From: Mobula hypostoma
Lineage: Eukaryota
Direction: 5' to 3'
Assembly (NCBI RefSeq): GCF_963921235.1
Contig: NC_086108.1
Location: 22,568,001-22,632,000, forward strand
DNA length: 64,000 nucleotides
Shown here piece by piece: positions 1 to 13,521 of the stretch. The notes below the pieces were generated by a model, which saw only the letters and a list, made by a program, of their open reading frames with translations, had not been told where the DNA came from and did not search any database. Each line of letters starts with the position of its first letter. The stretch's first letter is position 1. The translations under genes and the position numbers were made by a program.

Positions 1-602
1 TTCAAAAATCCGCGCAACAAAGTGAGCTTAAGATGGGGAAAGTCGAAGAAACAATTAATGTAATGAAGAAGAAACTTGACTTTTTGACTTTTAAAAACTC
101 TGACTTGGAATCTAGAATGCGACGGCAGAATTTACGAATGATTGGCGTCAGGGAAGCCGTGGAAGCTAACAACCCTATGAAATATTTCTCCCAACTTTTA
201 AAAGATGCATTCCCTACTGTATTTCCTGACCAACCACCGCTACTGGATCGTGTTCACAGAATCCCATCATACTCGTCTAGGTCAGATAGACCTAGGCATG
301 TTATCTTACGTTTTCATTATTTTCAAGACAAGGAGAGACTGTTTCGATTCGCTCGATCTAAAGGTTTCATTGATTTTTCGGATCTTAAGTTCCGATTCGT
401 GGAAGATTTCAGTAAACCAATCTGGGACCAACGGGTCCGTTACAGATCCGTGATGTCGGAATTCTATAAGATGGATTTAAGACCAGCGCTGCTGTACCCT
501 GCACGTCTAAGGATTCGCATGTTAGATGGAGCCCTTCGTTTTTTTGATTCTCCATCGGATGCCCAGAGTTATCTGGATCAACTTTCATCTTCAACATCTT
601 AA
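1..602 (+). CDS. L1 ORF1p (coiled-coil end, RRM, CTD), partial
   Basis: L1 ORF1 motifs DLESRMRRQNLRMIGV, LDRVHR, PRHVILRFH, FVEDFS, LLYPARLRI; the frame appears to continue off the window start. Confidence 0.9.
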   Translation, partial: QKSAQQSELKMGKVEETINVMKKKLDFLTFKNSDLESRMRRQNLRMIGVREAVEANNPMKYFSQLLKDAFPTVFPDQPPLLDRVHRIPSYSSRSDRPRHVILRFHYFQDKERLFRFARSKGFIDFSDLKFRFVEDFSKPIWDQRVRYRSVMSEFYKMDLRPALLYPARLRIRMLDGALRFFDSPSDAQSYLDQLSSSTS

Positions 603-1324
603 TTGCCTTTTTTTAATTTTCTCCGTTGATCGGAGGCTGTGAATTGGTTGGTTTTAACTTTTCTATGCCCTATTTGGGCAGAAAAGTTTACTTTCGATTT
701 CTTAATATGGCTGCTAAACTTTCTTTTTAACTGCGTCATTTCTTTCTTTTCCCAGGGGATTCTGGGTGGTTACTTCCCTTTTGTCATCTTACGTATTTCC
801 TGTGCGGCCTTAAATTTTGTAGTTTTTTTTTTAATTTTATTCTGTTTTGCTTTTTATAATCATTTTATGTTAATAATCCTATTTTTTTTTGTTGCTGTGT
901 CTATTCATGAGTTTGAGGTTTATTGTGGTTTTTTTTTAATATATACTTTCCGGCTTTTGTTCTGTTCTGTGTGTATTTTAATTGAGCTAACTTTTTTTTA
1001 CTTATTTTTTTACTGTTTTACAATTAGCTGACCCTTTTCATATTTATACCTTTTTTTTAGGGAGCGTATACCGGAAGTCATGGGGGTAGTTTTAGCGCTT
1101 GCTTCTTTCTGGCGGGTCTGCTTTAGATTTCGCCTTGGGGTCTTGGGGTGGGGGGTGGTGGGAGGGGCTTCACGTTTTAGTTTGTTTCTTTTTGGGCTAT
1201 ATACATTATTGAAGTATTGGTTGCGTCCTTTTCCCCGGTATCTTTTGTATGTTCTGTTTCCTCTCCGGGTTTGTGGGTCGCGCCTATTGTCAATCCTCCT
1301 TGTTATGGGTTGACTTTAGGATTT

Positions 1325-4300
1325 ATGGAGTCTATTATTAATTTTGTCTCCTGGAATACTAATGGTCTTAATCATCCTATTAAAAGGAAAAAAGTTTTTA
1401 AAGTGTTCCGGAGACTTAAAGCACAAATTTTATTTTTACAAGAGACCCATGTACGGAGGGGGGACAGACTACGTTTTTTCAAATTCTGGAAGGGACAACA
1501 ATTTCATTCGAACTCCAATGCTAAGATTCGAGGCGTCTCTATTTTTATAGACTCCTCAGTTACTTTTATACAACAGGATATTATCTCTGATCCGAATGGT
1601 AGATTTTTACTGGTTAGTGGTTTACTATTTAATAAAAAAGTAGTTTTGGTTAATGTTTATGCTCCTAATATGGATTGTCCGGAATTTTATAAATCATTGT
1701 TTGATCAGTTTCCGAATTTGAACGAGTTTTCATTGATTTGGGGCGGAGATCTTAATACCTGTTTATCTCCAGCTTTGGACCGTTCGGCTCCTTTACGGAC
1801 TTTACCTAATAAATCTGCAAATTTGATTAATTTTTTCCTTTCTGATTCTGGGTCGACGGACATTTGGCGTTTTCTGCATCCTCAGGAAAAAGATTTTTCC
1901 TTCTTTTCACATGTTCATCATTCCTATTCAAGAATTGATTATTTTTTCATTGATTCTCGTCTCATTCCTTCAGTGATTAAATGTGATTATGATTCTATAA
2001 CCATTTCGGATCATGCTCCACTTAAGCTTTCTATTAAAATTATGGCCAATATACCAAACAATAGACAATGGCGTTTTAATTCGCTGTTGCTTCAGGACTC
2101 GGACTTTGTTAATTTTATGAATGAACAGATTGAGCTTTTTTTTTACAATTAACCATACAGAAGATATTTCGGTTAACACTCTTTGGGACACTTTTAAAGC
2201 CTATATTCGGGGTCAGATTATTTCGTATTCCGTTGCTTTGAGGAAGAAACAGAAGCAGGAGGAGATGGTAATTGTGGACAAGATTAAAGAAATTGATAAG
2301 AAATATGTTATGGCTCCTTCTGAGGAGCTATACAAACAAAGAACTGAACTTCAAATGGAACACAGTTTACTACTCTCGTCCTCGATTGTAAACCAATTAA
2401 AGAAAACAAGAAGTGATTTTTATGTTCACAGTGATAAAATTGGCAAGCTGCTGGCTAATCAATTGAAATCTAATTATGTTAAATCTCAAATCAATCAGAT
2501 TTATAACCAAAATGATCGATTGATATTGGATCATGTGGGGATTAATCAAACCTTTTGTGATTTTTATTCTTCTTTATATCAATCAGAGTCTCCTCGAGAT
2601 TCTAAATATATGAATGATTTTTTAGATAAGTTAGACTTCCCTCAGATTTCACAGGATATGTCTTCTTTATTAGATACTTCCATTACAATGGATGAGATTA
2701 AGAATGTTATTTTTTCTATGAATCTGGGGAAAGCTCCTGGCCCTGATGGGTTTACCGTTGAATTTTATAAATGTTTTGCTTCTTTATTGATTCCTTGGCT
2801 CTATAAGGTTTTTGAGGCTTCTTTGAAACTTGGTAAACTTCCGGAATCTTTTAATAGAGCATCAATTTCTTTAATACTAAAGAAGGATAAAGACCCTGCT
2901 CAATGCGCATCTTATAGACCAATATCTTTATTAAATGTTGATTCTAAAGTTTTTTCTAAGTTATTAGCAAATAGACTAGAAAAAGTACTTCCTTCTATTA
3001 TTTCGGAAGACCAAACGGGTTTTATTAAAGGTCGTTACTCTTTTTATAATATTCGTACATTGTTAAATATCGTTTATACTCCCTCACAAAATGTTCCTGA
3101 GTGTGTTATTTCTTTAGATGCCGAGAAAGCTTTTGATAGAGTAGAATGGCCTTATTTATTTAAGGTGCTTGAAATGTTTAATTTTAGCTTGAAATTTATA
3201 TCCTGGATTAAACTGTTATATCACTCCCCTGTAGCCTCGGTTCGTACTAACTCCTTAAACTCACCTTTTTTTCCTCTCTTTCGTGGTACTCGACAAGGCT
3301 GTCCTCTTAGTCCCCTATTATTTGATATTGCATTAGAACCTCTTGCAATTGCTATTCGAGAATCTTCAAATATTACTGGGATAACTCGGGGATTAAAGTC
3401 CCATAAATTATCACTCTATGCTGATGATTTACTTTTATATATTTCTAATCCTGAGAGATCCATTCCTGCTGTTTTAGAGTTATTAGCACAATTTGGTCTT
3501 TTCTCAGGTTATAAATTAAATCTTAGTAAGAGTGAACTTTTTCCGATTAATAAACATCTTCCCTTATATTATAAATTTCCATTTAAATTGATTAATAATT
3601 ACTTTTCATATCTTGGGATTAAAATTACTTGTAAACATAAAGATTTATTTAAGACTAACTTTTTACCATTAATAGACCATATTACTCAACTTTCATCTAA
3701 ATGGTTTCCCTTATATTTAACTTTGATTGGTCGTATTAATGCAGTTAAGATGTTTTTTTTGCCAAAATTTTTATATGTGTTTCAGGCATTACCAATTTTC
3801 GTTCCTAAATCTTTTTTTGATAAAGTTGACTCTAAAATTTCTTCATTTATTTGGCAGAATAAGAATCCGAGACTGGGTAAAATACATTTACAGAAAGCTA
3901 AGAGAGATGGAGGTTTAGCATTACCTAACTTTAGATTTTATTATTGGGCTATTAATATTCGACATATGAAATTTTGGTTACTTGACCGGGACATACTATC
4001 TATTCCTAAATGGGTAGCATTGGAATTACAATCTGTTCAGGGTTATACACTTGGTTCTATTTTAGGTTCCTCTCTTCCTTTTGATTCGAAACGCCTTAAG
4101 CAGGTCTCTAACCCGATAGTTAAATATGCTTTGCGCATTTGGTTTCAATTCAGAAAATTTTTTGATCTTAATCAATTCGGGTTAGCGATTCCTATTTTAG
4201 GTAACATATTTTTTCCTCCCTCTTTTACGGATCGCGCTTTTCAAACTTGGAAGACTAAGGGTATTTTACGGTTTTTGGATTTATTTTTAGATGGTTCCCT

Positions 4301-5101
4301 TATGTCTTTTGAACAATTATCTAATAAATATAACTTATCAAGAATACATTTTTTTAGATATTTACAAGTTAAAATTTCCTAAGTACTATACTTTCTTCCT
4401 TTCCAATGCTTCCTCCTATATATATTTTAGATTCGATAATTAACCTTAATCCATGTCAGAAAGGTGCATCGGCTATGATTTATAATATTATTATGAAACT
4501 TAGGAAAGCTCCATTTGATAAGATTAGGGTAGATTGGGAACAGGAATTGGGGCTTACCATTTCTGTGGATGATTGGGGGCAGATTTTACAATTAGTTAAT
4601 ACTTCCTCTATTTGTGCTAAACATTCCCTAATTCAATTTAAAGTGGTTCATAGAGCACATATGTCCAAAGATAAGTTAGCGCGTTTTTACTCGCATATTA
4701 ATCCTTTCTGTGATAGATGTTCGGGGCAGATAGCCTCTTTAACTCATATGTTTTGGTCTTGCCCTACTTTGGAAACTTTTTGGAGAGATATTTTCAATAT
4801 TATTTCTAAGGTATTAAATATAGATATCTCTCCTCACCCTATTACTGCTATCTTTGGACTACCTAAAATTTCTAGTAATCTTTCCCCTTCAGCCCGTAGA
4901 ATGATTGCATTTCTTACTTTAATAGCGAAAAGATGTATTTTACAACATTGGAAAGAGCTTAATGCTCCAACTACCTTTTTTTGGTTTTCTCAGACGATTT
5001 TATGTTTGAATCTGGAGAAAATTAGAAGTAACCTTTATGATTCTTCATTTAAATTTGAACAGATTTGGGGACCTTTTATTCGATATTTTCATTTAATGTA
5101 A
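1325..5101 (+). pseudogene. L1 ORF2p (APE endonuclease, RT, CCHC) with two compensating frameshifts
   Basis: SWNTNGL, LQETH, GGDLN and SDH (APE); SLDAEKAFD, GTRQGCPLSP and YADD (RT); CDRC-x8-H-x4-C knuckle. +1 shift in the T9 run at 2136-2144, -1 shift in the A4 run at 4371-4374, and no other stops. Confidence 0.9.
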
Positions 5102-5984
5102 TATTTACCCTTCTTGTTTTTTTTTCACTGTTTTAATGGAGGTCGGGATTGAGGACGTGATTTTAAGTTTAACTCTGTTTGGTTTCAAGTTAGCCCATTG
5201 CTTTGCTTTGCTTTTAGTTAGTTGCACGGTGGGTTTTTTTTTGGGGTTTTTTTTCTCTTTTTTTTTCCATTGATATATATAAAATCTAGTATACTATTAT
5301 GTTATCTTGGTTTCTTATGCTTAAATTACATTGTTTGTAGTATTTTCTTTTTGGTATTGTTATCTTTTGGAATTTTATTATACTTTAACATTGTATTAAT
5401 GTTTATATGGCTTACCTTTTTTGTATACTTACTCAATAAAAAGATTTAAAAAGAAAAGAAAGAAAGAACTAGGACTTGTGATATGCACCAGCTACTCATT
5501 CAACCATCCACCTGCTCCTATGGTTTCATGTGACCCTGATCAGGGGTGGGGGGAGGTGGGATGAGCAGGTGCTACACCTTGCCCAAGGGTGACCTGCAGG
5601 CTAGTGGAGGGAATGAGAGCCTTACACCTCCTTTTGTAGGGACGTATGTCCAGTCCGTCACCCCTCTGTGGTAAGTACAGCTGATTAAACCAAGATGATG
5701 ATGTGTTTGAAGTGAAGGATCTTTCCAGGTTGGGTTTCTGAAAGGGCATGAGATTGAGATCAAAGACCATATAGACGTAGACATGGTGGACCAACTGGGA
5801 GTGCCCAGAGATCCCGTCTGTTTGGGTCTCAGAAGTGAATGTGAAGAATTGCATGACTTAGGATCAGACGTGGACTTAGGTTAGAGTTGCTGGTATAGGG
5901 ATGCCTGAAACAGAAGGAGGTGGGTTGTTGGTGGCACAATTGTTAAAAATAATGTGGGATGCTGATTGGTGCTAAAGTATTGGT

Positions 5985-6425
5985 TTATTGATGTCACATG
6001 TATCTGGATACAGTGAAAAGCTTTCATATACATACCATCGTTCAGATTATGCTTTACAGAAATACATTGTGGTAATGAGAAAAACAGGATGCAGAATATA
6101 GTGTTAAAGTGCATGAGAAAGGACAGTACAGATAGACAATAAGGTGCAAAGCCATGACGAGGTAGATTGTGAAGTCAAGAATTCATATTTTTGTTGTTGA
6201 AAGATCCATTCAGGAGTCTGATAATAACGGGGTAGAAGTTGTACTTGAGCCTGCTTGTGTGTGTTCTCAAGCTTTTGTACCTTCTGCTTGATGGGAGAGG
6301 GGAGAAGTGGGATTGACTGGGGGGGAACAGGGATCTTTGATCATGTTGCCTGCTTTCCTAAAGCAGCAGGAAGGGAGCCTGGTTTGCGTGATGGACTGTG
6401 CTGTGTTCGGCAATTTCTTGCAGTC
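5985..6425 (-). mobile_element. Decayed LINE 3' end (Rex1/L2-type)
   Basis: ttcaggagtctgataa..ggggtagaagttgtacttgagcctg block, similar to copies at ~9230, ~15670 and ~29450. Confidence 0.6.
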
Positions 6426-8323
6426 TTATTATGAAGAGTGTGGGGAAAACGCAGTATTAAAGGTCATGAGGAGATCTGGTTGGGGGTGGTGGTTGTGAAA
6501 ACAGGAGGAACTGATTGGATGGGAGGGTGGTGTCAAGGCAGCACTGGGAGGTGGAGGGAGAGGTTTGAAGGTGGCACAGAGAGGTGTGAGCCGGTGGCTT
6601 TGATGGTAGCACAAAGTGGTGGCGAGTTGTTAGATTGGCCTCAAATACAACTGGGTGATTTTGCTTGGGTGTTGGGAATGATGTAAAAATCTTTTACACC
6701 CTCCTGTAAACTGGGAAGATGTTGAGAGCAATGTAGGTGCTAGATGACTGTTGGTGGGGGAATGCATGGTGGTGCTGCTCAAGGTAGCACAAAGCTGATT
6801 GACTTGTGATGTGGTTAAAGGCAGCATGAGGAGTGGTTGGGAGTGGGGTTAAAAGCAGCAAGTGGAGCCAGTTGAATTGGTTCTCCACAATATAATGTGG
6901 TCATTTGAGAGAAACCAAGGCACAAACTGTAAGCAGAACAAAGTTTAAGTGTGTTGTTCACATTCCAGTCGGGTGCTCCACGTTCCTGACACAAGATTAG
7001 GCTTTTCTAAGAAAATATACTTAAGGAATTTGCAACACAATGAATACAATTGTCCCTAGAAGAATTAACGTTTTTGTTCCAAATTGCATGATGTACGCAG
7101 TGGATTTCCTATATTATAAATTTTGTTCCTATTGTATAATTGGGTAGTTTTCAAAAATTTGAGTTTGCCAGTCAAACCAATTTAACAAAATTTCCAGATT
7201 CTCTGTTTCATGCCTTTCAGTAGGCTGTATATGTTGAGGTTTTCTGCAGCTTAATCGCTTTCTGTTGTAATTCTTTCAAGCACACTTGATCATTTGGATT
7301 TATGGTGTTTAACAGATGAGATGATTGCAAATAGACCTGTTTATTTTGGACAATTGTTAATTTTCAGCATGTGGCCTTTCAACACCCTAGGGTGGTCTTG
7401 TACTGTTGTGGTGCGGGCCAGAAAACTTGAGGGATTAATTAACACAAAATAATAGAGGAAATATTGCATTAAGAAGATTGGAGCATGGAAAATGGACTCT
7501 TGACCCACTTAATCTGTGCCAGGTATTGGCAGGACCACTTGGTTCCAAACCACAGTATTAGTTCTGCAAAGTGAGTTGAACTCCAGCATTGATGAGAGTG
7601 ATTCTACTTGACGTCATGACAGTGTTAGGATGTACTTAACAATGAGCAGACCTATTCAAAATAGTTACCAGGAATCAGGAGGAATATTCTTCACTGGCTG
7701 GAGTTGCGCTATGTCCAAGGGGAAATGCTTGTGGTTATTGGGGACTGGCCACCTCAGTCCCAGGATATCTGTATAGGAGTTTATCAGGGCACTGTGCTGG
7801 GTTCAAGCATTTTCTCCTGCTATATTAATGACTCTATCTCCATGGTAAAGTGAACATTCATTGGTTGCACAGTATTCAGTTTCCTTCAAGGCTCTTCAGA
7901 AAATATAATCTGTGATCTCATGCAGAAAGACTTGGGGATTCGGGTGAGTTGTGTTAATATCCTCTGAGTACCAGGTTAGGGTTACCTGCAATGAGGCAAC
8001 TTAACTACATCGGGGCAATTTAATAGCATTTACCATTGCCGGCGAGCTCGCCAAGGCTCCTGGGGTAGCTGGTGGCTCAACCATAATGGTACCTCTGTTG
8101 ATTGATTACTGCTACAGGTACTGAAGTACAGTGAAAAGTCTTTGTGTGTCTTTCATACAGATCCTGCCATACACAAGTACATTGAGGTTGTAAAAAGCAA
8201 ATGGAATCGGAATAGAGTTTAATATCACTGGCGTATGTCATGAAATTTGTTATGTGCCAGCAGAACATTGCAATATATAATTGTAAATCACTGTCAAAAG
8301 TGTATATTAAAAAAGTTAAATTA

Positions 8324-9165
8324 ACAGTTCAATAGTTCATTGAATATCAGGTAATGTATACAAATTACAACCAGAAATTCTTGCTCTTTGCAGACGAAAA
8401 CAGAAGAGTACCCCAATGAGTGAGTGACAGTAAAAATGTTAGAACCCCAAAGCCCCCTTCTCCTCTCCCGTCCTCCCCAGGCACAAGCAGCCGCAAAGCA
8501 TCCAACCCTCCCCTCCTCCACATTTAGGTGCCAATCACCCACAAAGCAAGCAATAACAAAGCCCCCAAGCGAGACTGTGATCTGCAGAACAGAAAAACTA
8601 ATCATTCATCTGTCCAATTCGACATGCCACAGGCTCAATCTCTCCCTAATAAAGGGGCAGAGCGGTGTCACACAGTGAGAGGGGAGACCATCAAAATCAA
8701 AACAACTCGCTGATTTATGGTGTTAAAATCTGCACAGTTGTTTTGAGTTCTACAACTTGAGGATTAGCAGCAAACTCAACCCCCCCCCCCACCCCCCGGC
8801 CACCAACAAGAGCAAGTGTTTTGCCAAGTACAGAGACCTCAGGCAGCTGATCAGCTGTTTCCGATATTCCGTTTTCTTCAGTCGGCGGCACAGCCATAGA
8901 ATCAGCTCATCCACAGGAACTTCAAAGGCATGCTAGTCTTCTAGCCTTGCCCTTGGGATATTGAAAAACGGCTGGTCTGTGAGCCCCGGGAGCAAGAATC
9001 ATTGCCCTAAAGACCCAAAGTTTGAGTGCAGATGCAGGTCAAGGGCACTGACAGAACCCTATCCACCTTGAAAAAGAAAAAAGGAGACGTTAAAGGTAGA
9101 AATAAAGTTGTTTCCACAGATGAGCTTGAAGAAGCTGCTCTCTCGCACCATCCTAGCTCCGCCCA
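8324..9165 (-). mobile_element. Non-coding retroelement (LINE-like 5' and 3' ends) inserted in a decayed LINE 3' end (~8100-8323 and 9166-9420)
   Basis: Minus strand starts gggcggagctaggatggtgc and ends with a tgaactattgaactgt tail; its 3' part resembles 55500-55855 (+); the host LINE sequence resumes on both sides. Confidence 0.5.
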
Positions 9166-10984
9166 GTGAGTAAATAGTACAAAAACAAATAAAAATGCAG
9201 TGAGGTAATATTCATGGTTCAATGTCCATTCAGAAATCTGATAGCAGAGGGGAAGAAACTATTCCTGAATTGTTGAATGTATGCCTTTAGACTCCTGTAG
9301 CTCATCCCTGATAGCAGCAATGAGATGAGGGCATGTCTTGGGTAATTGGAAGAGGGGTGGTGATGACTAACATGGGCTTGAAGGGCACACAACTTACTGC
9401 AGCTTATTTTGATCCAGTGCCGTGCCCTCCCCATATGCTGAATGACAGAGAAAGACCATAAGAAGCTCTGTATTCTACACTGATTGCTTTACCACACCAT
9501 TCCAGGGAACCATTTTATGATCTATGAGACACAATGCAAGAATGTGATGAAATAATCTCCATTTCTGTTTACGAGAGCAGTTTATCCATGGTAAAGCAAC
9601 CTGCCTAATGACTGCTGCTTCCCTCTACCTCTTGGGCAGCATGGGTGCAGTTTTTACCAAGAGCAAGATCCATAGTAACAGCTCACCAAGGTTCCTTTGT
9701 AATACCTTTGTGATTGGTTACATCCATTGACCAGAACCAGGGGAGAAGGTGCAGGGAAGCCAACACCACCACCCCACCCCCACCTCATTCCCTCTGAGAA
9801 TCTTCCTCTTCAATTTGGACAATTTCCTGATTGGATACATACAGGCAGTCCTTGGGGCAAAGTTTCAGAACTTGCTGTTTAACAATGCTTGACAAATACC
9901 TTCAGTTTGGTGACTGTACTAGTTCAGGAGGTGCCACACCAATACAACATTAAGGGAAATAGGGATGAGCAGTCACTATGAATCATTTGCTGTTTTAGTG
10001 GGACATTATCAACTAGGGAGACTTGTTCCGTCGGATGAATAGAAACCTCTTTTGTTGTAATGCAGCTTGTTGCATGAACTGGTCTGTGAGATGCTGAAGC
10101 ACTTAGTCCATTCAATATCCAATATCATTGAAATGCAAAGCTGCTTTACAGTTTGTCAAAATGTTTTTTTTTGTAGGCTTATAATTTCACAAAGTAAAAA
10201 TGGCACTTTTTGCACTGGATCGCCAAGACGCTATCACTTATGTCAAATCCAGGTAAGAGTCGCCAGTCCTGACTTTTTGACTTCTCTGTCATTTTTCTCT
10301 TCACCACCCTCTTCTTCCTTGGGGACAGGCCCACTGACACACTGCTTGGCACTGAGGCTGTAGAATTTGGCCTGGTCACAGAGATGCTGATGTTGTGTCC
10401 CCCAGGAGATCAAATGTACCTTTGCTTGCCTATTCTCTCTGTAAACAAGGAGATTCACAATGAATCCCTTGTCATTGTTCACTCTGGAATGACTTGTGTT
10501 TTGTGCTGCTTCTCACCTCAGAACGTAGTACTTTTGATTTCAAGTCATAAGGTTCTGGTATAGGAACAGCTCCAGACAGTGGTGCGGAGCACTGGGTTAT
10601 CAGGAAGCGGTGTGCAAGACCAGAGGATAGCATTTAAAACAGAGGTATCAGTTTAGAGATTCAGAGGGAATATAATGAAGAATTCTTTCACCCAGGGAGC
10701 GGCTGGAGTCTGGAATCCAGGCAGATCTCTTTTAGTGCTTTTGAATTGCCATGGTTAAGAAAGCTCCGGATGAAGTGCAGGGAAATGGGATTAGTGTAGA
10801 TCAGTACTTGATGGACGTGGTGGGCAAAGGTCCTTTTTTCATGTTATATATGCCTGTTAAATTGTGCATGCTCTTTAGATGAACATTTTATTTAAGTGCA
10901 TTATTTTGGATAAATATGTGGGGTTCTCTGTGATTCTGGTCTCAGTGTAATCAACTACCAACTTTAGTGGATGATCACATTGCT

Positions 10985-11884
10985 TGCATGGCTTTGTGGC
11001 AAAGTTTGTGGATGATATGAAGATGGGTGGAGGGGTAGGTAGTGCTGAGGAAACAATGCGATTGCAGCAGGCAAAAAAAGTGGCAGATGGAACACAGTGC
11101 TGGGAAATGTATGATAATGCATTTTGGTGAAAGGAACAATGGTGCGGACTGTTATCTAAATGGGGAGAAGGTTCAAACATCAGAGGTGCAGAGAGACTTG
11201 GGCGTCCTCGTGCAAGAGTCCTAGAAGGTTAGTTTACAGGTTGAGTCAGTGGTAAAGAAGGCAAATGCAATGTTGACATTTATTTCAAGGGGAATAGAAT
11301 ATAAAAGCAAGGAGATAATGCTGAGCCTTTATAAGATACTTGTCAGACTTCACATGGCATATTGTCAACTGTTTGGGGCTCCTTATCTCAGAAAGGATGT
11401 GTTGTCATTGGAGACAGTCCAGAGGAAGTTCATGAGGATTCTGGGATTGAAGGGGTTAAGATGGGCAGATTCAGGCTTGTACTCACTGGAATTTAGAAAA
11501 ATGCCAGGGTTGGGGGGGAAGAAGATCTCATTGAAACCTACCAGATGTTGGAAGGACTAGGTAGGGTGGATGTGGAAAGGATGTTTCTTGTGGTGGGGGT
11601 ATCCAGAACTAGAGGCCACAGCCTCAGAGTTGAGGAGTTTTTTTTAGCCAGAGAGTAGTGAGTCTGTGGAATGCTCTGCCACAGACTGTGGTGGGGACTA
11701 CATCCGTCAAAATATTTAAGGTGAAAGTTGATTGTTTCCTGATCGGTCAAGGCATCAAAGGATTTGGCAAGAAGGCAGGTGTATGGGGTTGAGTGGGATC
11801 CGGGATCAGCCATGATGGAATGGTGGAGCAGACTCGATGGGCTGAATGGCCTAATTCTGCCCCTTTGGCATTGTCTTATGGGAT
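10985..11884 (+). mobile_element. CR1 LINE, 5'-truncated RT C-terminus and 3' UTR
   Basis: KWQM..GKC.IMHFG, QRDLGVLV, KKANAML..I.RGIEYKS; typical gggctgaatggcctaattctgc 3' end. Confidence 0.9.
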
Positions 11885-12599
11885 CTTGCTGTGTGCAACT
11901 TAGCCACTGTGTTTTCTATATTACAAAATTCCCTACATTTCAAGGTGTACTTAGTTGTTGTAAAGTATCCCAGGGTCCTGTGAAAGGTGCTAAATAAATG
12001 TGGTACTTTTGTTTTTTGGTGTTCATTATATTTTTTCTGTTTATGCACAGCCTTGTCCAAATAATGTTGCAAGTTTCAAACAACAGCAATGTTCAGCTTT
12101 CAATGCCAAAGCATTTAGTGGCCGATATTATCACTGGGTTCCATTGTATCCAGGTAAGGTTTGATAAACTTACTACAATTATCATAACAAACAGAGTTCT
12201 AGTTGCATTTTGCAATGGCACTTGCAGGTAATTTATAAATTCCACCACTATAAACTCCTCCAGACCAGCATTGCTTTGTGATCTTTGCATTCTTCTGATA
12301 TTAATTTGCTTTTCTTTAATAGATGAGCCTTTAGCTATTTAGATCCTGAATTCCTTTCTAAAGGCTCTTGCCACTCTTTCTTACTCAAGGTGCTTCTTGA
12401 AGCCCAATTGCCTATGGATCACCAGTTATGTTGAAGGTGGTACATAATTGACAGTTAGGGTGGCAAATATACCATTCCGTCACAGTTATAGAGTTGTACA
12501 GTATTGAAGCTGGTCCTTCAACACAACTCATTCATATTGGCTAAGATTTTTATCTGAGCTTGTCATATCTGCCTGCATTTAGCATATATCCCCCTAGAC

Positions 12600-12679
12600 C
12601 AGGGGTTCCCAACCATTTTAATACCATGGACCAATACCATTAAGCAAGGGGTTCATGGACCCGAGGTTAGGAGACCCTT
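12600..12679. mobile_element. hAT (Charlie-like) MITE, ~80 bp
   Basis: CAGGGGTTCCCAACC...GGTTAGGAGACCCT termini; same family as 14928-15014. Confidence 0.7.
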
Positions 12680-13375
12680 CTCTGGAACTTATCTATCCAT
12701 GTACCTGTCCAAATGACTTTTAAACATTGCATTTTTTACTTACCTCTGCATCTTCTGCTGGCAGCTTTTTCCTCATACCTACTACCCTCTGTGTGGAGAA
12801 AATTACTTGTTGGGTCCCATTTAAATCTTTCCCAACTCGCCTTAATTCTATGCCCTCCAGACTTCCTATCCTGGGGATAACAAGACCCTGACCATCCAAC
12901 TTATCCACCATCCCCTCATGACTTTATATCCCTCCAAGTAATTCTGATGTGAAACCAAGAACACACATGCACTGGTAATCTCACATCACGTTTTGCCATA
13001 ACATCTAATTGCTATAAACTGACACACTGTGAAGTCTACTGTGGGCAACTTGCAATGTGTGGTCAGTTAAACGTTACTTTGCACAAGGAGCAGCTGTATT
13101 ATTGACTTCACAATGTGCCCATTTATAACAATTATCGCAAGGTGAGTGCACGTGCGCACGGGTGTGCGTGTATGTTGTTGGCCCTGCATCGGAATTATTT
13201 TGAGCGATGGAATGAGATTTTGCTGTTCGGTTGCTGTTTATAAATTCCTACCTCTTTGTCAAAGTCAGAAATCTAGATATCAAAAGCTCTCCCAACTTGG
13301 GCAGATTGTAAATTGTTTTTCATGATGTGGAATGTCTGGACTGTGATTACACCACTCTATTTTGTTGTCAAACAG

Positions 13376-13521
13376 ATGACTACATTAATATTTCAAACAA
13401 GCCGTGTGACCTGCAGTGCACTACTACTGACGGAGAACGGCAGTTAATGGTTACTGCTCAAGATGGGACATCTTGCCGAGACAGAACATATCAGGGTGTC
13501 TGTATCACTGGCCGATGTGAG
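13376..13521 (+). CDS. adamtsl7: ADAMTSL2-family exon, Cys-rich module ([49 protein letters not shown])
   Basis: aacag acceptor, gtgagg donor, phase 1->0; resembles the ADAMTSL2 KPCDLxCTT..G.RQLMV.A.DGTSC motif. The paralog symbol is inferred; the family call is firm. Confidence 0.9.

Larger units (their letters stand above)
1..5468 (+). mobile_element. L1-clade LINE, near-intact; 5' end outside the window
   Basis: C-terminal half of ORF1, ~720 bp T-rich spacer, ORF2 with APE-RT-CCHC, 3' UTR with AATAAA at 5435-5440 and an A/(GAAA)n tail to 5468. Confidence 0.95.

Noticed and set aside
639..1031. 130 aa Phe/Leu-rich ORF in the L1 spacer (and a similar one at 5222-5449)
   Set aside because: Explained by T-rich composition; no motif and a non-ATG start.
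5470..13375. Search for the preceding ADAMTSL exon (expected FR..QC...W.P motif)
   Set aside because: No matching exon seen; it probably lies upstream of the window.
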